From Camelus dromedarius (taxonomy: Eukaryota), in NCBI RefSeq assembly GCF_036321535.1, contig NC_087437.1:38876001-38940000 (forward strand): a stretch of DNA of 64,000 bases. Direction: 5' to 3'. This document shows, piece after piece, positions 1 through 14,560 of this stretch. The notes under the pieces are model-generated. The model was not told where the DNA came from, made no database searches, and saw only the letters and a list, made by a program, of their open reading frames with translations. Numbering within the stretch: the stretch's first letter is position 1; each line of letters starts with the position of its first letter. The position numbers and the translations under genes were made by a program.

Positions 1-1844
1 GGTGCAAGGGCAGGAGTTTACCCACCTTGAAGGAAGGATTACCTGTGAAATATAAAACATAATTCCCAGATAGTGTAGGTCACACAGAAGACAGCATAGA
101 CATGCTTGCATTTCTTTTAGGGGAGATGTTCTTAAAGCCAACAGGAACAAAAGACCTTTGTTAACTCATTTGCAGCAGTAACCGCTGTGTATATAAACAC
201 AGTTACACTAAAACATGCCACCGCAGGGTAATAACTTTAGCTTCATTCCTAAAAGAAATTATTCTCGCTCTACTATTAGACACTAACTGAAAAGCCTACA
301 TTGAGTAAAGCTGAATAAGTTATTGTCTTCATATTGGAAAGGAAAAGTATCATGTCATTTTGGTTGTACAGAGAGTCCATGCACACATATAAATTCTCTT
401 CATTGCCCTTGGTGTTCTTTCTCTTCAACCACTCAGCTTAAGGATTCAATCTACAACATTCTACAGGAGTCTGCGTGTGTATGCCATCGGAGCTGAAAGA
501 TGGGAGAGCCCAGGCACAGAGTAGGTAGGAGACTCGCCTGAAGTCACACAGCTACCACACGTGGAGCCTGACTCAGACCCGGGCAGTATGACCCAGGTGC
601 TTGCTCTTTTCCCTGCTGTGCTATTTCTAAACCATCACACCTTCTCATTTTCATGCTAATAAGAGTCTCTCTCTCCAAGGGAAATTGTTCCCTCTATAAA
701 AAGAGAGTGAGAATTTAAAACTATTTCATCTCCTTCAATAAATAAACTGTGATACATAAACATTCAAGTTTTAAGTACAGGCTGTCTCACACTCCCATCA
801 GCCTGGCAAAGTGAGTCCTGACGGAGCCCGACTCAAGGAAACCACCTGAGCTCTCCACACAGACCCCAAACAGCCTTGTTAGAAGGAGGCTTAGGACTTT
901 TGTTTTGTTTTGTTTTTGGTAAAACCAGGATAAAAATTCATTCTTCAATAGAACTGCTCACCTTGCCAGCTTTTATTATATATGAAAAGCATAACTAAAT
1001 AAATAAACTTTCAAATTGGTGCTAGTAAAACACCTCTTAGACAGAAATGTTTCCATCTAATACAAAGAGCTGAGCAAACGCCGTGCTGTTTTTAAGTACT
1101 AATTGTAGAATATAATGCAGGTGCCACTGTCTCTTGGAGGAAGGATGCTGGAAAAGGTCTGTTCCAGAATGCTGAATGTGGGGGCTGGCAGGTAAGTGCC
1201 TTTGGCAGTTAAAACAATTTTCTCTTCATCAAACGTCCCTGGGAAACTGTATTATAAAGAAATGAGACTCTGTGGTGATAACGGTTTCTTCTTTCTCGGT
1301 AGTTAATATGTTTTTAATCTCATAATTTATCATTGCCATTGATAAGTTTTTTTTAAAGGTGGTGTAGGCTAACCTTGAGTAATAAGGATAAAATTAGACA
1401 GAAAACGCCACTTTTTGATGAGGCAGTTATTCACTGTTCTTTCTTCTCGTATTTTCGAATACTTTCTACATCTTCAGTCACTTCTATCCCAAATAATAAG
1501 TAAGAATAACTTGAACTTATACTGCATGATGTAACTTATGAAGCGTCTTTACATATGCGAGCTAAGTTTATCTACACAACACTACAGGTGTTCTTGCCCC
1601 TTTTTATGGAGGAGGAAACTGAGATGAGGTGAGCTGACTAGGACAGTTTTCTGCCTATTCCCTCCTTTTTTTTGAAAATGGATCATTTTATTACCCTCGG
1701 TCTCATAAGAAGACATTGTAGAGAAATGAGACCATTATGAGTATTCTATAATTCTTCCCGGTAAGTGGTAAAGATATTTAACGCTGGGAGGGATAGGAGA
1801 AATAAATATTGCTGTTTGTCCTTTGACTTATTTCTCTTAATAAC

Positions 1845-2090
1845 ATTAGCCACTATCTACTGAGTTCTTACTCTAGGGTAGGCTTTATAAAGAACGTTTA
1901 ATGTACATTAGCACATTTAATCATCACAATCCCCTAAGTGGTGGGTATATAATAGAGATGTGGGAAAAAAATCAGAGAGATGTAGAAACTGAAGCTGGAG
2001 GTATTCATTCACTTCAGATTATACATCTAGTAAATGATGAAACAGGGTTCAACCCAGGCCATCTGACCCTAAAACCTGAGCTTTTCTATG
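1845..2090 (-). mobile_element. MIR SINE
   Basis: CATTTAATCATCACAATCCC...CTAGTAAATGATGAAACAGGGTTCAACCCAGGCCATCTGAC. Confidence 0.75.
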
Positions 2091-3169
2091 TTCTCTGCTA
2101 ATTCTATAGAATAACAATACTTCCATTTTGAATTTTCCTTAGCTCTATCATTTCATGGCCCTTGTGGGGGACCAAGTTTCCTATATCTTATATAAAAACT
2201 AAATAGTTTTAAAAAATCTGAGATTTGTTGTAAGCTATGTTTGTTTGTTTGTTTGTTTTGTTTTGGGTAACATTATCTGCTGTGGAGGTTAGAAAGATGA
2301 AGCTTTGAAAAGGCAAGTTTCAGGAGCTTCAACTTACTGGTGTTTGTTTTGGGATGTGGGATGTGACAACTGGCGGAGGCACAAGAGAGAAGATTAGCTA
2401 GCTTCAAGAAGCAATGTTGAAAAAGTGGGTGCGTTCTCATCCACAAAATCTCAGTGGGAGTTTCCATAAAAATGAGTCAGGCTTAAGACGGGGGCAGCCG
2501 ACTCCCACGGCATCTTACATGTGGGCCATGTGCTCTCCCGAGACTGTTAACAGCAGCCCCAGACCTTAAAAAGCATGACTCCAGAGCAAGGGTTCCAACA
2601 GTAAGGACAGATTTGGCTAACTTTACCCACGTGGAATATGGATGGGTATATGGCAGAGCTCGGACTCAAACCCACGTCCTTTAAATATATGTTTGAAAGT
2701 AGAACATTAGTTTCATGCAGACAGGACCTAGGCAAATCACAGGGGGCACATTTACAGATTAGCATTCTCACCTCTGGGCAGCCTCGTTTCCCAGACCCCA
2801 AGCACTCAGGGCCTGCAAACTCCCCTTGGGAGTGAGAAGGCTTTACTCTGCCACCCATCTTTGAGGATGGCAGTGCTCCCAACCACACCCCCTTCCTCTG
2901 CCCCATCAACACACTGTCCCTGCATCTAGCTCAGCAAATTGTACTGGACCTGCTGATGACTCATGCACGGTAAGGTTTGAAGGACTGACAGCTAGCATCT
3001 CCTGCCGATCAGCGTTTTAATGTAAAGGCAGAATCCTGGTGTTTGCTTAGCAATAATGTTCCCCTCAGAAAAGAATTTTGGGTGGTGGAATTTCGGCAGT
3101 GATACACGGCTTAGGGTGAGAAATGGGGTAGGGAGGAGGGGGGAGCTACTTTTAGGAGGAAGCTCATCT

Positions 3170-3370
3170 TTAGGCTGGAATCAGCAGAACTGGCTTTGAG
3201 TCTAGAACATACAGTCCCGTAGACTGTGTGGTCATGTCCAAGTCATTTAACTTCGCTACTTCCTAGCTTCTTTCTCTGTAAAATGGGGCTAATCACGAAG
3301 TCCACGTTAGAGGGTTGTTGTGGAAAGTACGTGAGCCCTTGTATGTGAAGCATGGTGCTTGTTGCATGAG
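3170..3370 (+). mobile_element. MIR SINE
   Basis: Core CTGTGTGGTCATGTCCAAGTCATTTAAC...TCTGTAAAATGGGGCTAAT. Confidence 0.75.
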
Positions 3371-3791
3371 GATTGCTCTATAAATACTGACTGTTATGTT
3401 CAGCCTTGGATGGTCTAGAAGAGTTGACCAAGGAGCTAGGATTGGGACTGGTTCTAATGCATAGCCGAACGTAACCAAATGTAAACAGATGGATAGAATG
3501 CTAGTTAGCAAATGGTGCCTAACCAAAAATCGGCATACCCAACTCCTCACATCTACCTACATGTGATTTTGTTCATGAGTTTTCCTTGTGTTCTGTTATG
3601 TGGCACAGTGTTCCTTACAGAGGGATTGCCACGTAATGGTGACAAATAACTGCTCAGTGTTTCTTCTTACGTGTGCATTTTAAAAATTGATTTTAACATA
3701 AGAGTTATCACCAACACTGATTTTTACCATCTATCAGAATATGGTTTAAGACAAGCCATTCTAGTCAATAAAAGTCTAAATATTCTCCATA

Positions 3792-3980
3792 CCAGAGATT
3801 CTCAGAATTTAGTGTGTATTAGAATCACTGGGGAGGTGCTGGTTAAGAATTCAGTTTCATGGGCTCCTTCCCCAGAGGTCTGGGCACAGAAGGTTGAGGA
3901 TGGAGTTTAGGCAGCTGCATTTTTAATAAGCGCTCCCAGGTGACCTGATATAAGTGGTAAGACATGCCCATTTCAAGAAA
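3792..3980 (+). mobile_element. MER5-family (hAT-Charlie) element
   Basis: AGAATCACTGGGGAGGTGCTGGTTAAGAAT...CTGCATTTTTAATAAGCGCTCCCAGGTGA. Confidence 0.75.
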
Positions 3981-6900
3981 TTCTTTTCTATTACTGTTTT
4001 TTAAAGTCTGGAGAGAAACAACTGCTTATCTGGCCCAAAGTGTCCCATATTTCCGCAGCCTCATTCTCCTTTCAGTAACCTCAGTTCAGGAAATTCGATG
4101 GCCCAACCTAGATTTGCATGTGAAAGAACAACTTACCTACCAGGCATCTCCAGGGACCAGGGACCAGACTTTGAAATACTTAGAAACTTGCATTTGAATC
4201 TCAACCAAGACACTTTTTCTCCCGATTCCCAGGCTTAAAGTATCCCTACACATGCATAATTCTACATCACTCTTTTCTGAGTGAGACATTTTGTAACCGT
4301 GATTTTTAAAACTTTGAACCTCATTTTCTTCTCTTTGTTTTTTCCCAGAAAGACCTTAGTGATTCTCATTTCTGAGTTAAGATAAAGCGAAAGATGGGTT
4401 ATGTGTGCTGTAAGGTGTGATAAAGGGATGCTGATCAAGTACTTTAAAATGACTGGACGAAAACACCTCATGTGTACTTGCAGCCTCAGTGCCATAGCTT
4501 CAGCCAAGGGTGCGACTTCCGGCTCATGGTGGGGGATGGGGTTGCCTCCTCTACCTCAGAGCGCTGTTTTTTTGGCAATGAATCCTCAGGACCTTGCATT
4601 TCGATTTCATTTCTTCCCTCCAGCAAGTACAGGAACAAAGCATTTTCCTACCCCTTAATCAAAAGTCATAATGCCCCTGACTCTTCTCTGGGCCTCCCTA
4701 GAGTGTTTTAAAGACAACAATGAGGCCTTGGGTTTAGGGATGTATTGTGAATTGTACCATAAGTTAACAGCAGAGGAGACACTTGTAACTCATAGTTCAG
4801 TTACTGTGTGACTCAGGACAAGTGACTTCACTTTTTTTTCCCCCGAGTCTTGATCCCAGGAGTTGTTTTGAGAATTATTGAGAGAGCATTTAAAACATGT
4901 GCAAAATCTTTAGCACTTGGTAGGTAGTCAACGATTGCCAGTTATTCCTATTACCTACTACTGCATTTGCCACACCTAGACGGCAAGGCAGTGCAACTGC
5001 TATGGTAACAGATCTGGGCTTCCAAACAGCCAGTGAGACCTGAAAACATAATGGGTCTAGTATTTATTCTTAACGGCCTCCCATGATTTAATCCTTGAAG
5101 TATTTTGTCCTGTGGAAAAAGTAACAAAGGAAGAAGGAAGATGGTTAGGAAAGCTGGCTGAGCTAGACGAGGAGCGAAAACCAGCATTAGAGAGAGTTCT
5201 TGGGGAGGCAGCCTGTGACTCACTGTGCGGGCAACGACTCCTCTGAAACAGCCTCAGATGGCAGGGCTCGTCTGTGGCGCTTCCTTTCTGTCATGTTCTC
5301 TTTCTTGGGTCAGATAATGCATACGTTGAATTACGTTGAAAACTTAGCCCAAGAGCCTAAGTCCTTCTTTTACTGACAAGTCAGGAGCCGTGTTACCCAG
5401 AGGAAATGCCAGGTTACTGAATTTATTCAGATAGCTCTTTAGAATCCTTTGTTACTTTGTGTGGATTTCATCTCTATAGATGGCACATCTGGGATAAAGT
5501 GACAGCTTTCTAAAGACTCCCTTTTTAATAATGTTCTAGGGCCCCGAGAATTAATTATTTAGCCATCAATCAAATGTGTCTTTCTCACTTGGATACTTTG
5601 CAGTTTCAAAGGATGGGAGTTGGCAAACTTGTTAGTGCATGGGAGTCTAAACACAGCGAACATTTCTAGGACAAATTCTTGTCCGTCTTTTGGCATGGAT
5701 GCTGATCTTACATATTTTTTGTACTAATCTCCTTGGGAACTTGACTCAGTAAATATTTATTGAAGGGCCTACTCTGTGTGCTGCCAAACGCCGAATAGAG
5801 CCATCACATTGCCCTGGGAGCAGGCATGCGTGTCACACAACAGACTCAGGTGTACAAGAAGGGAAGTACATCTTCTTTACTAGGGAGAGGGAGCAGACAG
5901 ATCAAATTCGGAGGGTTTTTTCCCTCCCTTGCCCTGAATCTTTTCCCCCTTATCATCCAGAAAGGCAGGTAGTTTGCTGCTTCATCCCTTCCAGGGAGTG
6001 TCATGATACTTTCCAAAGAAGAAGTCACAGCAAACCTGCCTAGATTTTGTTTCCAAGGGCTTAAGCCAAGGTTCACAAACCCAAACACTTAGAAGGGTCT
6101 GGCAGATAAAACCAGATGGGTCTGTGGTGAGCTGGAGGGCGTGTGGTTTGGATAAAGGAGGCGGCTGCTGGGTTGCCCCAGCTTTTGTTCTGTGTGATGT
6201 GAGCCCAGAGAAGCCAGACTTCCAATTGTTTAAAGGAAATCCAACTTTTCATACAAAGAGCTTCTGGCCCAACCTGTTTTGGGGAGAAGAGAATTAGATG
6301 AAGAGATACATTCCCCAAGAATAAAAAGGGTTTTTCCTGTTTTTTTTTTTTTCCAGGAAGTTAGGTAATTTTGTGGGCTCCATAGAAATAGAGAGCTTTA
6401 CCCATAGCCTCAGGCAGCCCCTCAGTGGGGGGGGGGGGGGACTTCATGGTGCTCTAGGGAGGTGGGATCCCAGGCACTGAGATTCCCAGGGAAGTGTCCA
6501 AAAATTTCACTCAGCCAGTAAAATGAGCTTTGGTGTAGAATCCCATTTTAAGAGGAGAAACTATGAATATATAAAAACAAACTTAAAATGCTTAATTGTT
6601 TGCAGAAGATAGTATTATATTGAGCTGCCCACAGCAGAGTGGTGAAACATAACTGGTTTCAGTTACTGAGTTCAAACCATGAATCTCAAATTTGCTTGCT
6701 GTGTGTCTTGAGGAAACATACGTAAACTGTCAATGCATCAGTTTCCCCACCTTTAAAATGGAAATGGTACTTAATGGTACTAAGGCTACCTCACGGTATT
6801 ATGAGAACTAAGGTAAATAATATATGTAAGTCTTGTATGTTGAACATGTAGACTCATGAGATATTACCAGAAAGCACCTTTATTTTAATCTTCCACTGTT

Positions 6901-7834
6901 CTTTTAAATTTTTTAAGGCAGGGCAGTCCTGCTGCTGCTGGACAGATAACACAGGCTGATAGATACATTTTCTGCTTCATTTGAGACGTTAAGTTTTTTC
7001 AGATTTCAAGGTTGCAAATTCTATGTCAGTTCTGAAAATGGTCTGATCCCACGTGACGATTAAAACTCCAAATTTGGCTTAAAGTTCGCTCTGTCCCATC
7101 TGGTGCATGGGAAGGGAGGGGAGGGAAGCACTCACCTGTTCGCAGCTGCTGTCAGACGGCATTGTGCACACTGGGCCTGGCAGTGAGACCTGGATGACTC
7201 CTTGGCCATTTTTAAATATCCTTCCGGGCTCCCCAGTGAGAATCTCCGACTGATGCAAGCAGTGCACTGTCCTCCAGCCCCTGTTTTCTTTTCCTCTTCT
7301 CGTCCAGTGGTCCCCAGAGCAGACTGTTGCTTGCTGTCCTGTTACTTCCCCAGACAGTCCTCTGGGATAGGTTTTAAAACACCTCCATGCTGGCACGTGG
7401 TGGTTTTTAAAATGTCATTATCATTACTACAGTTGGAAATAACACATTTGCGAGGATTGTAGTAAAAGATACATTTATCTAGTTAGGCACCTTGTACATT
7501 TTTAGGTGTTTTTCTTTTTGTAAATGAAAATTTGACAATTTGATGCTTTTCCCAGGTACCTATTGTAAGTGCCATACATGAGCTTACAAAGTATAAATGG
7601 GCTAACAAAGGATTCATTAACTAAATATCTTTATGAAAAGGGCATGGGAGGCTTCCTGAAGGAGGCAACATTGGAACTGGGCTGTGGAAGGGGAGGAGGG
7701 TCTTGACACTATAGGCCCAGATAGCGGGGAGCAGGAAGGAGTAGAAAAGCAGAGACAAAGGAGGTGTGTCTGGAGCTGACCCCCTGCGGGTGACAGGGTG
7801 TCCCAACAGACTTCGATTATGGGTGGAGATTAAA

Positions 7835-8010
7835 GCTAGTGTTGACTGAGGATTCCCTGAGTGCTTCATTTGGACAACTTCATTTATTCCTCTCAAATCT
7901 GTGAGGCAGCTCCTGTGAGTATCCCCCTCTTATGCTAAGGACACTGAGCCTTAGGGAGGTGAAGGTAGTGGCAGCTGGGGAGGACAGGGGCAGGGAGTGG
8001 AGCTGCAGCC
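7835..8010 (-). mobile_element. MIR SINE
   Basis: CTCATTTATTCCTCTCAA...GGACACTGAGCCTTAGGGAGGTGAAG. Confidence 0.65.
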
Positions 8011-8535
8011 TCCGGGCCGGGGCAGGGCCACGCCTCATCCTGCGGGAAAACTGGGTCTTCACAGACCGGCGGTCGAGGGCTGCCGCCTAGCCGTTCACTG
8101 GACACGCCCTACAGCCCTCCCCCCGTCCCCCCCCCCCCCAGATTCCATCTCTCCCTCCTGCAGAACCCAGAGCCAGCCCAGCTGCCCAGAGGAGATCTCA
8201 GATGGCTCAGGTGCTCCAGGCTTGCACTCGGACCACAGTGCGCGACCCTCCAGACGCGGGTTCGTGCTGTCCGGCTGCCCCATCCTCGGCTCTGGCTAGT
8301 TTGGCTTCATTACTACTGGTTCCCTCACTCCCAGCACCCTGCCCCAATCTCGACTGCCACCCACTCTCCACCTTACCTTCTTACTAGTAGTTCCCTACAT
8401 GTCTCAGCGGGTTCCACATTATATGACTTGGGGAGATTAAGAATTCCTTCCTTCCTTCCTTCCTCTGGTCCTACCTTCTGTGCTTCCTCGGGAACGCTGC
8501 ATCAGGTTAGTAAGTGAAGCTGCTGCCCTGCAAAC

Positions 8536-8554
8536 TGTCCACCAGATGGCACCA
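8536..8554 (+). promoter_or_regulatory. CTCF-binding motif
   Basis: TGTCCACCAGATGGCACCA matches the CTCF core CC(A/G)(C/G)(C/T)AG(A/G)(G/T)GGC(A/G)C. It sits in a locally CpG-retaining segment (~8020-8650) with a CCAAT at 8619. Confidence 0.65.
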
Positions 8555-8705
8555 AAACATTGTATTCCAAGTAGTCCGCCCTCGCTACACCTTCAAGGAA
8601 AAGATCCCGAAAGTTGAGCCAATAAAGCGCAGCCCCAGGTGCGAGTTCAACAGAAATTAAAATTCCCTCTCCAACTTCTCAGAATGTTTGGTGTTGGATT
8701 TTGTC

Positions 8706-8764
8706 GAGAGAGAGACAGATAGACAGAGAGATAGAGGGAGGGAGGGAGGGAGAGAGAGAGAGAG
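8706..8764. repeat. GA-rich polypurine microsatellite
   Basis: Mixed (GA)n/(GACA)/(GGGA)n tract. Confidence 0.9.
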
Positions 8765-11700
8765 CCTTTCTCAGGAAAAGATCTTTATTTTTTATTTTCT
8801 CCTCTTTAGATTCCGCTTAGAAAGTTGTGATGCACAACATTACAAAATTAGGAACATGAATATTTTCAAGGACCCTGTCATTTTCACTCGTGTTTGCTTC
8901 ACTGTCCTTTTCCTGGAGCTAAAGCTCTGCTTGTTACAGAACCGCATGTCGAGACTGGAAATAAAATAGCTCCCTCTTATCAAAATAATCACCGAGATTA
9001 AGTGAACACAAATATGTGCATCCAGCGTCCTAGCTAACGAGAAGAGTAAAATTGACCATTTTCTCCAATTTTAAAATGTAATTGTCATTTTTTTACCCAA
9101 AACTTAATTATCATTGACACAGCAAAAATAGTATGAGTGACCGTTTCAATTATTGAAACAGTCAATAAAATTAATATGTATCGTCTTGGTTTTATCTTTG
9201 AAGTTGTAGGAAAGATAATTTCTTCTTCAATCAACATGATTAACAATTATGTTGCTGATGACATAGTCTGAGAAACTTTGAGGGTTTTATTGTTGTTAGT
9301 AATATTTTAGTGGCTTAAAAATACCACAACCTTTATAAATTAACCTTTTTACTGGGTGATCAAATGTCTGTCAAAATTTAGTCAAAATTTCATGAGAGGA
9401 AAGATCTATAAGGATTTGTTCTGTCAGATTTGGAGATCTGGGTACTAAATGATTAATGACTTTGCCAGGGTGAGGGAAAATGGATAAAGGAACAGTAGAT
9501 ATTAACTTGTGTCATTTTGATTCTTCTTTGGAGGGGGAAAAAGTGGTCTCTGAGTGAATGCACAGCATGAAATGAATTTTAAAAATGAAAGCATGTTAAG
9601 AAATAATTTGATGTTAACTCTAAGTTTTGTGTATTCATTTTTATATTTTGTATATATACTCTTGTAAAATTCGGCCATCAATTGTAACATGCACATACAT
9701 ATACATAGAGTACATAAATAATTCTTATTTTGCAAAGGCATGTGTGCATGGTGGTTGGTGCTGTGTGGTTGTTTTTTGTTTGTTTGTTTGTCTGTTTTTT
9801 GCTGCACAGAACAAGATGATTCTTGCCTTAGAGCTTGGATGCATGTCTGGTGGCTTCCTTACCCGAGGGAGTCATCAGAATGCCCACAGTTCCCAAAGTG
9901 CTTTGGGATCACTTAGGCTAAAAGATGTCATTTATTGTGAAGCTATCTTTTTTTTATTCCCAAGGGAATTTCATCATTTTTGTATTTGTGAAAACTGTCA
10001 ATGTGTCTTTCTCAAAATGCAATTATCTGAAAGAAGCAAACCAACACAGAGTGGACCCCTTGTCTTCAAAGTCGTTTTATTAAGAGTAAATTAGACTGGA
10101 AAAATGATAGTCTGAAATGCATTTCCAATAGATTGCTGTCAGCCTTGCTACCTGTCAAACAGAGAGGCCTGAAGTTTCACAGTGACATATGGATTAGCCC
10201 AGTCTTCCCTGCAGCGTGAAAACAAAAGACAATTGGTGATGCATGGGGCAAACTCATCTTAAAACAGAGATATCAACAAAGGAATATGACAGCATGAAAA
10301 GACAGAGTGCAGTCTGCTGTCCACATTTGCAAAGAGATTCTGTCTGAATCCATAACTTCAATACACTGAGTCAGAAAAAGAGAAAATACACATTAAGTGT
10401 AATTGTTCGTCGGGTACTTTGCTTTAGCAAATGCTGAATTTGTTGGAAGGGAGGAACAAGTAGGGACAATGGATAAAATCACTGCAGTTATATCAAGTCA
10501 TTAAGAAGAACCATATGGAATTAGAATTATTTGATTTTTTTAAAGTCATCTGTCATAGAGGCTTTAAATGAATGTTCAGAATGCTCATCCACCAATCAAT
10601 TGAAAAAATAAAGGCTGGACTCACAAAAGACCCTCAAGAGCAAAACACTCTTTTCCCAGTTAGAGCTTTAGACTAGACTGGTGAGGTCATGTAGGTCAGG
10701 GTTTGTTTGGCAAAGAAGTGCATATCAAAGTTAAAGAAAATCATACAGATCTGCTTAGCTCTGGGAAAATACAGTATGGATTTTTTTTCTTTAACATCCC
10801 ATGTGAACAATTACATAGAACACTTGTCTGACCAGTAACTTTCAATTAAACAGAAATGAAAGTTCCTCTAATAGCCATTTTAATCCATACATCCTAAGGG
10901 ACTCAACAAACAAGTGTAATAACACGATACAGAAGTTACTGAAGGAAAATGGTGCATTGAATTATAGAAACTGCTGAGTTTCTAAATTTAGGATCAGATG
11001 CTGAAAAAACAAAGTAAGAGAGTTTTAGAGTTATGCATTGCCCACCAGAGATCCAAGCAGGACTCAGAAGGGAAAGTTCAGAAAAGGGCAACTTTGGGGT
11101 ATCCTGAAGGGGTCTGCCCACTGACCCACAGAGGTCAGTGATGACTGCTATTTTGTCAAACCATCACCTGTGTGATGACATCCTCTGGCAACAGGGCTGG
11201 CTCTGGAGATAGAAGTAAATAGCCCCCTACCAAGGGTCACTTAAAAGGGGAGCTGGAAGTCTCACTGGGGTGCCCTGGTGCCTGAAACTCCTAAATCATG
11301 TGTTAAGTGTTCACGGATATTTTACGTACGTGAAGGGTGGGAGCATGTTTTCTAATTAATATATTAGGGAGCTTCAGGATATCTACGTCCTTTTGAGAAA
11401 AGTGCAGGGTCCTGAAGTTTGGGAAATGGAGCAAACCAGTTTTGGGTGTTGTCCGTGGCTGAGCCAGAGGCCACACATATAAGATACTACATCAGAGGTC
11501 AGGAGGTTTTAGAGGGGGCTGAGGACATTAGAAGTCAGTAGAGAAGCAGCAAAAAAAAAAAAAAAAAAAAAAAATTAAGGGTATCAGTGAAAGCATTTCC
11601 AAAATTCATAATTTTGCCTTTAAGTAAAGTTCTATCCAAAGGATTTAACTTGCTGCTATTTGCTTTAGTCCCATATAGAGTTAAACATCTGTCGGGAAAT

Positions 11701-12005
11701 TACACAGGAGTCAAATAAACATGTTTGTGGTACATTTTACATCGTTTTTAAAAAAAACACTTGGGTTTTCATTTAATGTCCCTTTGTTTTCTCTATTGAT
11801 TATGTCTCTTGTCAATAAATGTCTCTCTTTTCTGCATACCCATAGGAATCAGCTTTGATTTCTCATTTTTGGAGTCTAAACTCACACCCCTGGAACCACA
11901 GTGTGTGCTCTTCTGATGTAATTGCTGTTGATTGTGTTGCTATTAGGTTTGTTCTTCTTGTTGCACCGGTGTGGTTACACTGTTATCTCAGCATTAACAC
12001 ACGCT

Positions 12006-12342
12006 GTCAGATAAGATGATTTTCAGCTGCATAAAACAGATCATAGTCAAGTATCCAAATAAGGGTTTATTTTTCTCTCACAGAAAATAGACCAGGGACC
12101 AGCTGTCCAGGACTGTTACAGTGACTCTTGGTGACCTCAGAGTCTAGACGCTTTCTCTCTTTTTCTTCCAGATATCCCCAGACATCTTCTGTTTACATTT
12201 TGCTCACCAGAGCTGTGCGTGACGACCATCCCTACCGTGAGAATGCTTGGGAAGACAGCTTTCAGCTGGTCACAAATCCAGTGCTCTCTTTGTATGCAGG
12301 AAGGAAAGACTGGATATTGGTAGGTAACTGTCAGACTCTACC
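12006..12342 (-). mobile_element. MLT1-type (ERVL-MaLR) solo LTR
   Basis: AAATAAGGGTTTATTTTTCTCTCAC...CCAGAGCTGTG...GGATATTGGTAGGTAACT fits an antisense MLT1J/K-like pattern. Confidence 0.6.
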
Positions 12343-12589
12343 CTGTGCTGACATCTCCAACAGAGTGTATGCAGAATGGAGTAGGAAAATGCATTTCTAA
12401 AAAGGTCCCATATTTAACCCCTGAGGGTTCAAGAAAATATCTTGGGGGAAAATGTAGAGCAATGGATGGCTGGTTGAAAATTCTAGCTGGGAATGTTGAA
12501 GAGGTTGGTGTTTGGTCCAAGCCCAACTCATAACAGTTTCATCAAAATATGTTAAATACCATCATCGTTAATCTTATGACTGTAGGCCT

Positions 12590-12770
12590 GGCAATCATTT
12601 CGTTGCTTCTGGCCCAATCTTCACACAGCTGTTCTGTGTGATCTTGGACAAGTCATTTAACCTTGGGCCCAGATTTTTTTTTACTTCAGTAAAGTGAATA
12701 TAGTGATACCATCCTCATGGGAAGGTTGTAACAAGCAAATAACAGAAGTATGTAAAAATCCTTTAAATGG
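12590..12770 (+). mobile_element. MIR SINE
   Basis: TGTGTGATCTTGGACAAGTCATTTAACC core. Confidence 0.7.
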
Positions 12771-13987
12771 AGAATCATGACATCCAAGCGTGAGATAGTA
12801 TTAGTGTTACTGTTTCTGTCTGCACTTTTTTTCCCTTTTCTATTTGTTACTTTTACCCTTTACTCTCTAATTACTTTCTCAGATGAAACTGGTACAGGGT
12901 AGAGTAGATAGAAGTTTGGGATCTTTCTAAAACTTAGGGCTGACAAGCATGGATGGTGTTCCATCAGTCTGTGGCCACTAGCGCTCAGATATTTATCTGC
13001 AAGAAACTGAGCCGTGGTCTAAAATCTTCCTTGTGATTTTTAGCTCAGATGGAAAAATTGTGTTTTCAAGCTGTGTGTGCCAGAGACCAGCATACTATTC
13101 TGACATGTTACAAGTTCTAACTGCTTCCTTTTGGCTTTGAAAAAATATTTAAATTGTCTACCTTTATGATAAACAATTCCCATTTAAAACAATCTCAGCT
13201 TGGAGAGTCCCCAGAGGGGAACAGTGCAGATTGTCTGCCTATGATGCTGGGAGCTGTGACTGATCTGAGTTACCCCCTGCCTCTGCCCTGGGGCAATTCC
13301 ATGTGCAGTCGGCCTTAACAGCGCCACGGTTCCCACATCCTTTGTCAGCTTTAGTCGCTTCAAGTAGTCTCTGGCAAGTAGTAAAGAAACGGTTTCAGTA
13401 GGCTACTCCTAATTTTTAGAGGCTTAGGTAGATTCCAACACATTCCTTTTATGCCTCCTACATAATTTTCTATTTGTGCAATCTATTGAATTTCTATTCC
13501 AATTTTCCATAATTTTACTTAAGGGACACTTAGTACTTGATAACAGCTTTTTCCAAATTGATGCATCAGAACTTTTGCTTTTTCACCGTTAATTCTAAGC
13601 CTTAAAAATGAGGCTGAGTAATGGCTGGCATTTTTCTTTTCTGTGGGTTGGAAGGAAGAGTTCTTTGCACTTGGCTTCAGCTCTTCTTCCGGCTGTCCCT
13701 CGTTTCTGCTCTTCTTCCTACCCTCCTTGTAGACAAGATCAGTGTCTCTCAAGATGCCAGCTCCCACTTAGGCAAGGCACGTGGCCACCATTGTCTTCTA
13801 ATGGCCCTGCGGTTTGGATCTCTTTCTCAAGGACACAGGTCTGGGGGACTTGGTTGGTTGCATGCTGAAGAAGTGGTTTACAATCAAGAAACCCACTAGG
13901 GGTTTACTGATAAATAAGAAGGCCAATATACTAATTTACAATCGAAAATATTTCTTATCATGACCAGAATACTTATGACTCATTAGC

Positions 13988-14560
13988 AGGCCTCCCCCAA
14001 CCGGTGTGGAGCCTGGGGTAAGAGTACAAATTGTGGCCCACATACCTTCAAAGTGTCTATGAATAATAAATTAATACATGATTGATTCAAATACGTTCTG
14101 TCTTTCCACACGGCAAATAGACCTTCATTATAATCTGGAAGGCCAGGTTAGGATTAGAATTCCGTTTCCTTGTGGCAAGGAGCCAGCATCACGGCTCCCA
14201 GCCTTTGGGCCTGTCCTCTTGAGCCTCTGGCCCGTCTCTTTTCATCTCCTTTTTCCCCTGCCCTGCCAAGGGTCTCGTATCTATGCTGTGAAAACCTCGG
14301 TCTACACAAGCACGGGTTCAATCCCTACCACCAGCAAACAGCCGCCCACTGGCCATTCCTCTGTCTGCCTTTGGGAGGTGAGAGCAGGGAAGAGCCAGTA
14401 CAGACAACTGAGGCAAACTTGGAGCCACCTGGGCGGGAAACGCGAGGGTCCTGGCGCTCAGAATGGGATGCTAGAGGCAGCTCCCTGCCCAGAGTAGACT
14501 TCAGTTGTCTTTGGTGCTCTAGGCTGGTGGCCTGGACTCAGACTGCCATGTGGGGCCCTC
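13988..14560 (+). mobile_element. MER115-like (hAT-Tip100) DNA transposon relic
   Basis: AAGAGTACAAATTGTGGCCCACATACC...GACCTTCATTATAATCTGGAAGGCCAGGTT resembles the recalled MER115 5' part, followed by a GC-richer body. Confidence 0.65.
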
